A stretch of 64,000 bases of DNA from Eledone cirrhosa (Eukaryota). Below the pieces are notes generated by a model, which saw nothing but the letters and a program-made list of their open reading frames with translations, ran no database searches and had not been told where the DNA came from. Location of the stretch: the NCBI GenBank assembly GCA_964016885.1, contig OZ024747.1, positions 34,348,001-34,412,000 of the forward strand, given 5' to 3'. Below, in pieces: positions 38,856 to 51,100 of the stretch (the stretch's first letter is position 1; each line of letters begins with the position of its first letter). Made by a program: the position numbers and the translations under genes.

Positions 38856-41800
38856 GGGAAGAAGACGCACGAGGTGACGGAGGTCATGAAATCGCTCCCG
38901 TAAGTTTTGAATTTTTAACATATTTAAACCATTTGTGAAATAACAACTCTTAGTACAAATGCTACGTAAAGCACCCGGCTTGAGCCCCAAAAAATTCGGA
39001 CCCAAAATATATTGTTATAAGGCTCAAATATTCAAATATTCAACTTTGTATTGTACACTGTATATCCAAAAAAGAAAATGGCTATAAATGGAAGAAGAAC
39101 CCCCCCCCCTCCTCCTCTGTATACACTATATAGAACAGCCAAACTCACCAACACCAGAAACTAGATACACCACCCACCCTATCACCTGTGTACACTAAAC
39201 CACCACCGATCACTACGGCCATCATTACAACCATTATCCCATCACCGCCGCCACCACCCCTTCACTCCTTCACTGCTGCCACCGCTACAGCACCATCGCT
39301 ACAGTAATACGGTCACATCACCGCCACCACTGCCTCGGTATCGACATCACCACCACCACTGTCTCAGTATCGCTACCGCCGCCAGTCTCCCACTTCTTCT
39401 TTTAGCTGGCTGCTGCCACCACATTATAGAATCCCTACTGCTAAAAAAGAGGAAGGCATCAAAATATATAGATAGACTCAAAAGAAAAAAGAAAAAATAA
39501 ACAACAAAAGCAGCACAGCAACAACAGTAAAAAACGAGAAAAACAGAGAAAAACAAAAACAAAAAAAGAAACCCCCAAAACGTAAAGAAAATAAGAATGA
39601 AGAGAGAGGCAGGCGGACGGACAGAGAAGAGGGGGGAAAAAGTAAAACTTAAAAAACAAAAACTAAGTCAGACATTCGAATACTACATTACAATGAAACT
39701 TATGCTTATTCATTTTTGGGGCCCTTTCTGCCCGTGTGTTTGTTTGTTTATGTGTGTCCGTATACAGCGTGGTGATAATGCCACACAAGGGCCAAGTGGG
39801 ATGGCGGATCCACAGATGGCTATGTAAACATACATTCGCCAATCCTCGATAAGAGTGTTTAAATATCGAACATAAACAGTTCGAATAACGGTGAAATGGA
39901 GACTAGAACGTCATGTGACAGACTCTCACCCAACAGGTGCCCCCTGGCTCAGCAGCAGGAACCTGACTGTCAACGAAATACTGCTGATGTTGGAGGAAGA
40001 AGAAGAAGGAAAGGGGCCAGAACCAACTGGACGAAAGAATTGAATAGAACTGTTATGCAATGCTACCTGAAAAGTAACCCCAAGGAGAGGGGCTACAGGA
40101 GACGGATGCATAACATCTGGAACGAGATTGGTTTATTTAAATTAGATGAACAAAAATTGGCCGGGCAGGCTCGGGTAATAAGAACTAATGGGTGGATAAG
40201 CGAGCTGGAACTGGAGGAACTGAGCAGAGAGAATGGCTTGGAGATGGCGGGTGTAGTATGCCAGACAAGCGAGCCGGCGGGAAATGAAGGTGAGGAGGTC
40301 CTGAGAGCGGAGGAACCACCCGAAGCAGACAATGATCTGAATACTGAGATAAATAATACCTGGAACAGAGATACGGCCACTGAGGAGATGAATGCTGACG
40401 GGCTAGGACAAGATTCGGTTGACATCCTAAATTTAGTGGTAGATGAGTTGAACAATGATAGTGGGAGACCTATGAACCTAAGATTTGTAGACAGGAAAAA
40501 GTTAAAAGAAACAACAGCTAAGGTAAACAAAGTCATCCCATACCTTGAGGCGAGGAGTCTTCACCAGTGCAACAATATCCTCAAAGCAACAGCAAATACG
40601 GTGAGGAAACTACTTGGTATAAAAGCGAGAGGAAACAACAGACAAGAAAGAGCAGAGCCGTGGTGGAAGAAGCGACTGAGTGGGCAAATCGGGGAAATGA
40701 GAAATGACATAGGAAAGCTTGAGTCACTACTGAATGGGACACTAAAAAACATAGGCACTAAAAATAGACTGGAAATAAAATACAAAACTAGGAGTAAAAA
40801 GCTAAATATTATCATAGAGGAATTGAAGCAACGCATTGTAGCAAAGAGTGCCAAAATCAGGCGATACGAGAACAGAGTCAGTCAGTATAAACAGAACCGC
40901 ATGTTCGACAACAACCAGAAGATGCTGTTTGGACAGCTTGAGGGGAAAGAAAGAGGCACCGACTTGATCCCTGGGGCGGAACAAGCTAAAACATTCTGGA
41001 GAGGAATATGGGAGCAGGATGTTAGACACAATGCCCAGGCAGGGTGGATTGAGACAGTACAGAGGGAGATCGGTGAGCAGGCACAGCAACAGACTGATTT
41101 GAGTATCACAGTTGAAACTCTTAAGGGGCAAGCCAAAAAACTAACCAACTGGAAATCACCAGGCCCAGATGGTGTGCAGGGGTATTGGATTAAACATTTA
41201 ACATCCCTCCACCCGAAGCTGACGGCCATGTTCAATGACTGCTTGGTGTCGGGTGAGGTGCCAGAGTGGTTGACAAAAGGTACCACAGTTCTGATAATGA
41301 AAGACCGAATCAAGGGTAATGATGTTACCAACTATAGACCTATCACATGTCTGCCCGTAATGTGGAAACTGTTGACGAGCATTGTGTCTGAGGAAATCTA
41401 CCATCACCTCCACACAAACAACTTGTTGCCGGACGAACAGAAAGGATGCCGAAAGAAGTCACGTGGTACAAAGGACCAGTTGCTTATTGATAAGATGGTA
41501 ATGGGGAATTGCAGGAGGAGACACACTGATCTTGCCATGGGATGGATAGACTACAGAAAGGCATTTGACATGGTGCCTCATTCCTGGATCACCAAAAGCC
41601 TGGAGATCTTCAGGGTGGCAGATAACATCAGAGAGTTGCTGGGCAGGAGTATGGGGTCCTGGGAGACAGAGTTGACATCAACTGGAGTATCCTTGGGAAG
41701 CGTGAAGATCAAGAGAGGTATCTTCCAGGGAGATAGCCTGTCCCCTCTGTTGTTTGTCCTTGCCCTGATGCCCTTGACCATTATGCTGCGAAAAGTGAGA

Positions 41801-43362
41801 GCAGGATACAAGTTGGGAAGGGGAGAGCTTACCATCAATCACCTCCTCTTCATGGACGATCTTAAGCTCTTCGGGAAAAGTGAGAAGGAGTTGGATGTGC
41901 TTGTTGACACTGTCCGTATTTTCAGCAGTGATATATGTATGCAGTTTGGTATTGGTAAATGTGGAGTCATTGTGATGAGGAGGGGTAGGTTGAGCAGAAG
42001 TAACGGGATCCAGATACCAACAGGTGAGATGATAAAGGAAATTGACTCTGAGGAAGGATACAAGTATTTGGGCGTTCTGGAGGCTGATGGCATAAAGAAC
42101 AAAAAAATGAAGGAATTGTTAAGAACTGAATACATTCGGAGAGTAAGGAGCGTATTGAAGTCACATCTGAACAGCAGAAATGCCATAAGCGCAGTAAATT
42201 CCCGAGCTGTGTCTATTATTAGGTACAGTGCGGGAATTCTGAGATGGAATGTTGCTGAACAAAAAGAAATGGATAGGAAGACTAGGAAGCTATTGACTAT
42301 CTACAACATGTTCCACAAGAGGAGTGATGTCGATAGACTCTACCTAAGGAGATCTGAGGGTGGAAGAGGTCTTATCAGCATAGAGGACTGTGTTCAGATG
42401 GAGAAAAACAACCTATACAAATACGTGACCTATAGTAAGGAGCCAATGCTCAGAGCTGTACTGAAGGAGGGGAGAGTAGGCCAGGGGATACCCAAGGAGG
42501 AAATAACATCAAGGAGGAAGAGCAGCCTTAAGGGAAAATCCCTTCATAGTACCTTCTTTGAGAAAACTGAATTTAGAGATCCACAGACATGGAACTGGTT
42601 GAGAAGAGGAGACCTCAAAAAGGCTACAGAAGGAATGCTAATGGCTGCGCAGGAGCAGGCCCTCAAAACGAAGTGGTTGAAGCACCATATCTACAAGGAG
42701 GAGGCTAGCCCACTGTGCAGGATCTGTGGAGAGAGAGAGGAGACTGTGGCTCACATTGTGTCCGAGTGTAAACACCTAGCCCAGACCCACTATAAGGGCT
42801 GGAGACACGATGTGATGGGCAGGGTGATCCACTGGCACCTGTGCAAAGTAAACAATCTACCACATTCTGAGAAATGGTATGAGCATAGGCCAGAGGCGGT
42901 GATGGAGAACAGTCAGGTGAAGGTGCTGTGGGATTTTAGGATACAGACGGACAAAAAACTGGAACACAATAGACCTGACCTGGTGGTTGTGGACAAAGAA
43001 AAAAGATCGTGCCTGATTGTGGATGTGGCCTGCCCGTTCGACACGAGAGTGCAAGAGAAGGAGAGGGAGAAAATTAACCGATACCAGGACCTAAAGTGGG
43101 AGGTGAAAAGGATTTGGAACTGCCATGAAGTCAAAGTGATCCCGATTGTCATAGGCGCACTGGGGACTATCTCCAAAGGTTTCCAGGGATGGTTAAAGAA
43201 AATCGGCCCCTTCACGCTTTTTGGAACGCTTCAAAAGGCATGCTTGCTTGGAACGGCAAGAACCCTCCGATACGTCCTGAATATCTGAGGCTGCAGGTAG
43301 TGGCTTGATATTCAATCCAACGGACTTTCCAGTTAACCAACATCAATGACTGAGATTCAAGG
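38856..43362 (+). mobile_element. Full-length R4/Dong-clade non-LTR retrotransposon, family A copy 1
   Basis: ~1-kb leader, single ORF, 75-bp 3' UTR, (TAA)n on both sides. Confidence 0.93.
39896..43288 (+). CDS. Intact RT + CCHC + restriction-like endonuclease polyprotein (1130 aa), R4/Dong clade
   Basis: [74 protein letters not shown]...IVDVACP...KINRYQDL. Confidence 0.96.
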   Translation: METRTSCDRLSPNRCPLAQQQEPDCQRNTADVGGRRRRKGARTNWTKELNRTVMQCYLKSNPKERGYRRRMHNIWNEIGLFKLDEQKLAGQARVIRTNGWISELELEELSRENGLEMAGVVCQTSEPAGNEGEEVLRAEEPPEADNDLNTEINNTWNRDTATEEMNADGLGQDSVDILNLVVDELNNDSGRPMNLRFVDRKKLKETTAKVNKVIPYLEARSLHQCNNILKATANTVRKLLGIKARGNNRQERAEPWWKKRLSGQIGEMRNDIGKLESLLNGTLKNIGTKNRLEIKYKTRSKKLNIIIEELKQRIVAKSAKIRRYENRVSQYKQNRMFDNNQKMLFGQLEGKERGTDLIPGAEQAKTFWRGIWEQDVRHNAQAGWIETVQREIGEQAQQQTDLSITVETLKGQAKKLTNWKSPGPDGVQGYWIKHLTSLHPKLTAMFNDCLVSGEVPEWLTKGTTVLIMKDRIKGNDVTNYRPITCLPVMWKLLTSIVSEEIYHHLHTNNLLPDEQKGCRKKSRGTKDQLLIDKMVMGNCRRRHTDLAMGWIDYRKAFDMVPHSWITKSLEIFRVADNIRELLGRSMGSWETELTSTGVSLGSVKIKRGIFQGDSLSPLLFVLALMPLTIMLRKVRAGYKLGRGELTINHLLFMDDLKLFGKSEKELDVLVDTVRIFSSDICMQFGIGKCGVIVMRRGRLSRSNGIQIPTGEMIKEIDSEEGYKYLGVLEADGIKNKKMKELLRTEYIRRVRSVLKSHLNSRNAISAVNSRAVSIIRYSAGILRWNVAEQKEMDRKTRKLLTIYNMFHKRSDVDRLYLRRSEGGRGLISIEDCVQMEKNNLYKYVTYSKEPMLRAVLKEGRVGQGIPKEEITSRRKSSLKGKSLHSTFFEKTEFRDPQTWNWLRRGDLKKATEGMLMAAQEQALKTKWLKHHIYKEEASPLCRICGEREETVAHIVSECKHLAQTHYKGWRHDVMGRVIHWHLCKVNNLPHSEKWYEHRPEAVMENSQVKVLWDFRIQTDKKLEHNRPDLVVVDKEKRSCLIVDVACPFDTRVQEKEREKINRYQDLKWEVKRIWNCHEVKVIPIVIGALGTISKGFQGWLKKIGPFTLFGTLQKACLLGTARTLRYVLNI

Positions 43363-43418
43363 AATAACAATAACAATAATAATAATAATAATAATAATAA
43401 TAGTAATAATAATAATAA

Positions 43419-43980
43419 GGGAAGAAGACGCACGTGCTGGCGGAAGGTCATGAAATCGCTCCCGTAAGTTTTGAATTTTTAACATATTTAAATCATTTGT
43501 GAAATAACAACCCTTAGTACAAATGCTACGTAAAGCATCCGGCTTGAGCCCCAACAAATTTGGACCCAAAATATATTGTTATAAGGCTCAAATATTCAAA
43601 TATTCAACTTTGTATTGTACATTGTATATTCAAAAAAGAAAATGGCTATAAATGGAAGAAGACCCCCCCCCCCCCCTCCTCTGTCTATGCTATATAGAAC
43701 AGCCAAACAACACCAGAAACTAGATACAACACCTACCCCATCACCTCTCTGTGTACACTAAACACAACAGCCAGATAACGGCAATTTCACCACCACCACT
43801 CACTACTGCCATCATTACCACCACTATCCCATCACCGCCGCCACCACTCCTTCATTGCTACCACCGCTACAACACCATCACTACAGTAATACGATCACAT
43901 CACCACCACCACTGCCTCGGTATCGACATCACCACCACTGTCTCAGTATCAATACCGCCGCTACTGTCTCCCACATCTCC
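43419..43980 (+). mobile_element. Copy of the family-A 5' leader, not followed by a family-A ORF
   Basis: Colinear with 38856-39390 and 48175-48925. Confidence 0.85.
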
Positions 43981-44390
43981 CCACCGCCACCACTCCTTCA
44001 ATGCTATCACCACTATTCCCCTGTTAACTTGAGAGAGAAAGGGGAAGGTGTAGGTATCACTAGACTAGGGAGAGGCTAGCAAAAGATATGAATAGATTGA
44101 CTTAGTGACCTGGCCAAGGCCAAACGTCAATATCAACAACTATGGGACTGCTGGCTCACACCTTCCTCACCAACAATATAAAAAGCCCCGGCACCACCAC
44201 CAACATAGCCAACAACAATAACAGCCAACTACAACAAAAAGTATATTATATTATTGTAATGCACTGGGTGATTGCTGGCCTTATGCCTGGAGTGGAGACA
44301 ATTATTAATAATTTCATTCTTAAGCCACGCAATGCTCACATTAAGGAACCACTCATGATAATAACAATTTAAAAAAACAAAACAAAAAGA

Positions 44391-47300
44391 AAACCCCGTG
44401 ACCAAGAAATACCGGGATGGCGGCCGGCGGGGAATAGCCGTGTCTCTAGGGGAGAACGACCCCTCTAGTCTTGGTTGACACTCGTTCTAGAAGTGGTAAC
44501 ACGAAATGATTACCCCTTGGCGGATAAGGATAAAACGCGACAAAATAAAGTAAATGTCTAATGATAAAATCTCATACCGGATCGGCCGTCACCCGGGTAA
44601 AAAAGGGCCGCGTCCCTCAGAGAGGAACCAGATTGGGGTCGAAAAATCAGCTAATGGTTCAAACCTTCCCATCACTTCGGAGCTGGAGACCTCCCATAAC
44701 CGCAATACTCCTACTGTTGGCCCTCCATGCTCACCACCAAGAAATCCAAAGAAAAAGAGAGAAAAATGGTCAAGGGAAGATAATAAAGAAGTCCTTGAGG
44801 CTTTCTACACTGCCATATACTACCCATCAAATACATCGAATACAGAACAGACATATATCAACTGGAAAAAGAAACATCCCGAAAACAGAGGCTATATTGA
44901 CAGTAACAAACTAGCCAATATACGAAGAAATATTGTAAGAAAAAAGTTACTAACTGATATAGAAATTGATCAGATCAAGCTATTAGCACAAAGTCAGCGA
45001 AGGGAAAATGAAACATGTGTCAGTGAAAACGAGGTAAACTGTAACACTTCGAATGCCAGGGTTGGGGCGGAATCACTGGCAACAGAACAAATTAAAGAAA
45101 GGATCGAAAAAGTGGAGGGAGTGCATGCTCAGGATGAAACTCCAAATGAAAATAATGAGATCGTAAATAATAAAGTAATGAAGGAGAATGAACTTGCCAA
45201 CTTGAAGGATGAAATTATGATCGAATGGATGAAAATGAAAGAATCTGACATGGGGAAACGAGACACCCTCCCTAAGATCCAGAACTCCAAACAGAACCAA
45301 AAGATAATACACAAGGCTAACATAATTCTCAAAAACATTATCATCACAAACAAACTAAACATTACTGATTTAAATCATCTCTATTATGCATCGGCTAAAG
45401 TCACCACTCACTTATGTGGAGTGAAGATGAAAAAACAAAGGAATTCCCACAAGAAATCTACTTGGCAAGAGAACATCAATCGCCAAATAAACCTTCTCCG
45501 ATCTGACAAGTAAATTTTAACAAACTATAAAGTAGGTGAACATGTTAAACAAACTAAACTTAGAAAATTGAGGAAGTGCAAGAATTCTGGGAAAAGATCT
45601 GGGCCGAAGAAAAAGTTCATAACATACATGCCCCATGGATAGACAGACAAATGAAAGATACAGCTCACCTTGAGGAACAAACATGGGAAAATATAACAGT
45701 TGAACAGTTGCGCTTGGCTCTAAGAAAAACCAGCAAATGGAAATCCCCAGGAAAAGACAAAATACAAAACTTTTGGATAAATGCCTTCACAGAGTCTCAC
45801 GAGCTGTTAGCCCAACTTTACAATGAAATAGTTAAGGAGCCAGAAAAGATACCTTCATGGCATTACATTCCTGCTTCCGAGAATGATGAGACAAACAATC
45901 CCAAAAATTACAGACCGATAACTTGCTGGACCACAACGTATAACATTTTAACATCAGTCCTAACTGAATACACATATGACCACCTGATAACAAATGACCT
46001 ATTTCCCATTGAGCAGAAAGGGTGTAAACGAGGCTCATATGGCTGTAAGGATCAGCTTCTGGTTAACAAAATGATACTGGAAGATTGTCATAATAGACAG
46101 AAAAATCTATCGATTGCTTGGATAGATTATAAAAAGCATTTGATAGTTTGCCACACAGTTGGATTGAAAAATGTTTAGAGATTTTCAAAGTATCCCCCGT
46201 TGTCAGGAGGTTTTTGTCATTCAGTATGAAGACATGGAAAACGACACTCCTTTTGAATAGTGAAACAAAATCACTGGAAGCTGGAGAAGTTAATATTAAT
46301 TGTGGAATTTTTCAGGGTGACTCTTTATCACCGCTTTTATTCTAGATCTCGCACTTATACCATTAAGTAAAATGCTCAATGAAACAAAACATGGATATAA
46401 AGTCTATGACAAAACCATTAATCACCTGTTCTACATGGATGACCTGAAACTATTTGCCAAAAATGATGAACAATTGCAAGGGCTATTATCCACTGTGAAG
46501 CAGTTCAGTGATGACATTAAAATGGAGTTTGGACTAGATAAATGCGCCAAAGCAACGTTCACCAGAGGAAAGCTGCTGAAGAGTTCAGACATTAATCTTG
46601 ATCGGTGGAACATGATGAGAGAACTTGATCAAGAAAAAACTTACAAATATCTAGGTGTTTGTGAAGGAGACGGAATCAAGTACTCGACAATGAGGGAAAG
46701 GATAAGGAAGGAATGTTACTGTAGAGTAAGAGCAATCTTAAGAACGGAATCGAATGCAAGGAATAGGATCGATGCCATAAACACGCTTGCCATACCAGTA
46801 GTAACCTACAGTTACAATGTCATCAACTGGTCAAGCACAGAGATCCGTAGGCTCGATACAAAAATTCGAAAATTCTTAACCATGCACAGAATGCATCACC
46901 CTAAGGCAGATATAGATATAATATATCTCCCTAGGAAAGAAGGAGGACGTGGGTTAATCCAGTTAGACATTGCGTTGAAAACTGCAACAATTGGATTATC
47001 TACATATCTAAGGGAATCACATGATTGGATGATCAAACTCGTTTTGAAACACGAACGCATCAAAAGATCATATTCCATTACAAAAGATGCACAAAGATAC
47101 AGTAATGGACTACACATTTCAGAAGTCCCATTTACTGCTGAAATGGAAAACACAGAAAAAGCAAAGCAGGTAAAAGTAACTGCAAAGAAAGAACTGCTAC
47201 AGAAACTGGCTAAGAAATGGCAAGAAAAGCCTCTGTATGGAAAATACCCAGAGCGAGCTAACAATCCTGATGTTGACAAAACTTTAACCCATCAGTGGTT

Positions 47301-48125
47301 GGCATCCTCTGGACTGAAATCGGAGACTGAAGGACTGATTATATCGGCACAAGATCAGTGTCTGCCAACAAAAAATTACCAAGCCAACATAATAAAAAAT
47401 GGGTGCAGCCCATTATGCCGTGTATGCAAAAAACAACCAGAGACCATTGACCATATAATTTCAATGTGCAGTCCTATAGCTCCAACCGAATACCTAAACA
47501 GGCATGACAGAGCTGCACAATACATACATTGGATAATGTGTAAGCATTTTCACCTGCCCCATCAAAAGAATTGGTGGGAGCATCAACCACCTCCCATACT
47601 TGAAAAATATCACATCTCAATCTTGTGGAACTTTAGCATCCAAACAGACCGAAAAATAGATGCAAACAGACCTGATATAATAATGAAAGACTTTCAAAAG
47701 AGGGTATGCCTGCTAATTGATATGTCTGTTCCAATAGACAAGAATGTATCTATAAAAACATTTGAAAAATTGAGCAAGTATAAGGACCTGGAGATAGAAA
47801 TTGGAAAAATGTGGAAATTGAGAAATAAAACAATACCAGTGGTTGTAGGCGCTCTGGGAATGATACCTAAGGGGTCTAATGATTACATATTGCAAATCCC
47901 AGGAAACCCGCGTACAGGAGAAATACAAAAGATAGTACTAATGGGAACTGCCCATATACTAAGGAAGATTCTGTCAATATAAGTACATCACAAGTCTAAA
48001 CACTAAAGATGCATGTGTGAATATGTATGTTCTTTCTTGAACATGGCGGACCTGGTTGTCTCTTGAGGTCACTGGTTGTGACTTGGTGATAACTCGTATG
48101 AACATAAAGCAAGATAAATGCAACT

Positions 48126-48126
<1 letters not shown>
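44391..48126 (+). pseudogene. R4/Dong-clade element, family B, disrupted
   Basis: [80 protein letters not shown]...LIDMSVP; stops and frameshifts; (TAA)n tail. Confidence 0.93.
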
Positions 48127-48167
<41 letters not shown>

Positions 48168-48174
48168 GAGAATA

Positions 48175-51100
48175 GGGAGAAGACGCACGTGGTGGAAATA
48201 AGGTCGTGAAATCGCTCCCGTAAGTTTTGAATTTTTAACATATTTAAATCATTTGTGAAATAACAACTCTTAGTACAAATTTTACGTAAAGCATCCGGCT
48301 AGAGCCCCCAAAAAATTCGGACCCAAAATATATTGTTATAAGGCTCAAATATTCAAATATTCAACTTTGTATTGTACATTGTATATTCAAAAAAGAAAAT
48401 GTCTATAAATGGAAGAAGAAGAACCGCCTCCTCTGTCTACACTATATAGAACAGCCAAACAACACCAATCTCACCAACACCAGAAACTAGATACACCACC
48501 TACCCCATCACCTCTCTGTGTACACTAAACACAACAGCCAGATATCGGCAACTTGATCACCACCATAACCAATCTCAACACAATAATGATAATAATAAAT
48601 ACTATTATTATTGTCCCAAGTTTTAACAAAATGTTTAATTCCAACATTAAGGGAATTTATGTCAACACATGTACGCGACTAACCCCATAGATTCACCGAA
48701 CGGACATCAGTGACGACAACGACATCACTACAGTCACCGCCCGCCGCCGCCGCCCATCCATCATTACTACCACTATCCCATCACCGCCGCCACCACTCCT
48801 TCATTGCTACCACCGCTACAACACCATCACTACAGTAATACGATCACATCACCACCACCGCTGCCTCAGTATCGACATCACCACCACCACTGCCTCAGTA
48901 TTGCTACCGCCGCTATTCTCTCCCATTGCTTCCTGCTAGTTGCTGCTAGCACAGCACTGTCACCACATTATAGAATTCCTACTAAAAAAGAGGAAGGCAT
49001 CAAAATATATAGATAGACTCAAAAGAAAAAGCAAAAATCAAAACCAAAGCAGCACAGCAACAACAACAAAAAACAACAAACAGAGAAAAACAAAAACAAA
49101 AAAAAACGTAAATAAAATAAGAATGAAGAGTGAAACAAGCGGACGGACAGAGAAGAGAAGGGAAAAACTAAGTCAGACATTCGAACACTACATTACAATG
49201 AAACTTATGCTTATTCATTTTGGGGGGGTTTTCTGCCTGTTTCTTTGTTTGTTTATTTGTGTTCGTCTACAGCGTGGTGATAATTCCACACAAGAGCCAA
49301 GTGGAGCGACGCAACCACAGGAGACGGTGAATCTACAGATGGTTATGCAACCATACATTCGCCAATCCTCGATAAGAGTGTTTAAATGTCGAACCTAAAC
49401 AGTTCGAATAACGGTGAAATGGAGACTAGAATGTCATGTGACAGACTCTCACCCAACAGGTGCTCTCTGGCTCAGCAGCAGGGACCTGGCTGTCAACCAA
49501 ATACTGCTGGTGTCGGAGGAAGAAGAAGAAGGAAAGGGACCAGAACCAAATGGACGAAAGAATTGAATAGAACTGTTATGCAATGTTACCTGAAGAGTAA
49601 CTCCAAGGATAAAGGCTATAGGAAAAGGATGCATAACATCTGGAACGAGATTGGTCCATTTAAATTAGATGAACAAAAACTGACCGGGCAGGCTCGGGTA
49701 ATAAGAACTAATGGGTGGATAAGCGAGCTGTAACTGGAGGAACTGAACAGAGAGATTAGCTTGGAGATGGAGAGTTGAGTATGCCAGGCAAACGAGCCAG
49801 TGGGAAATGAAGGTAAAGAGGTCGAGAGAACGGAGGAACCACCCGAAACAGACAATGATCTGAATGCTGATATAAATAATACCTGGAACAGAGATACGGC
49901 CACTGAGGAGATGAATGCTGACGGGCTAGGACAAGATTTGGTAGATATCCTAAACTTAGTGGTAGATGAATTGAACAATGATAGTGGGAGACCTATGAAC
50001 CTAAGATTTGTAGACAGGAAAAAGTTAAAAGAAACAACAGCTAAGGTAAACAAAGTCATCCCATACCTTGAGGCGAGGAGCCTTCACCAGTGCAACAATA
50101 TCCTGAAAGCAACAGCAAATACGGTGAGGAAACGACTTGGTATAAAAGCGAGAGGAAACAACAGACAAGAAAGAGCAGAGCCTTGGTGGAAGAAACGACT
50201 GAGTGGTCAAATCAGGGAAATGAGAAATGACATTGGAAAGCTTGAGGCCCTACTGAATGGGACACTAAAAAACATAGACACTAAACATAGACTGGAAATA
50301 AATTACAAAACTAGGAGGAAAAAGCTAAATATTATCATAGAGGAACTGAAGCAACGCATTGTAGCAAAGAGTGCAAAAATCAGGCGATACGAGAACAGAG
50401 ACAGCCAGTATAGACAGAACCGCATGTTCGACAACAACCAGAAGATGCTGTTTGGACAGCTTGAAGGGAAAGAAAGAGGCAACGACTTGATCCCTGAAGC
50501 GGAACAAACTAAAACATTCTGGAGAGGAATATGGGAGCAGGATGTTAAACATAATGACCAGGCAGTGTGGATTGAGACAGTACAGAAGGAGATCAGTGAA
50601 CAGCCACACCAACAAACTGATTTGAGTATCACTGTTGAAACTCTTAAGGGGCAGGCCAAAAAACTACCCAACTGGAAATCACCTGGCCCAGATGGTGTGC
50701 AGGGGTATTGGATTAAAAACATAACATCCCTCCACCCGAAACTGACAACCATTTTCAATGACTGCTTGATGTCAGGTGAGGTACCAGAGTGATTGACAAA
50801 AGGTACCACAGTTCTGACAATGAAAGACCGAATCAAGGGTAATGAAGTTACCAACTATAGACCTACCACATGTCTGTCTGTAATGTGGAAACTGTTGACA
50901 AGCATTATGCTGAGGAAATCTACCATCACCTCCACACAAACAACTTGTTACCGGACGAACAAAAAGGATGCCGAAAGAAGTCACGTGGTACAAAGGACCA
51001 GTTACTAATTGATAAGATGGTAATGAGGAATTGCAAGAGGAGACACACTGGTCTTGCCATGGGATGGATAGACTACAAAAAGACATTTGACATGGTGCCT

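Noticed and set aside
38856-38920. HDV-like ribozyme at the R4/Dong 5' ends (also checked 44391-44530)
   Set aside because: Could not build the nested double pseudoknot (P1/P2/P3/P1.1) by eye in either region
40093-43215. Antisense ORFs over the Dong, Tx1 and PLE coding regions
   Set aside because: Shadow frames of real TE ORFs with no recognisable motifs
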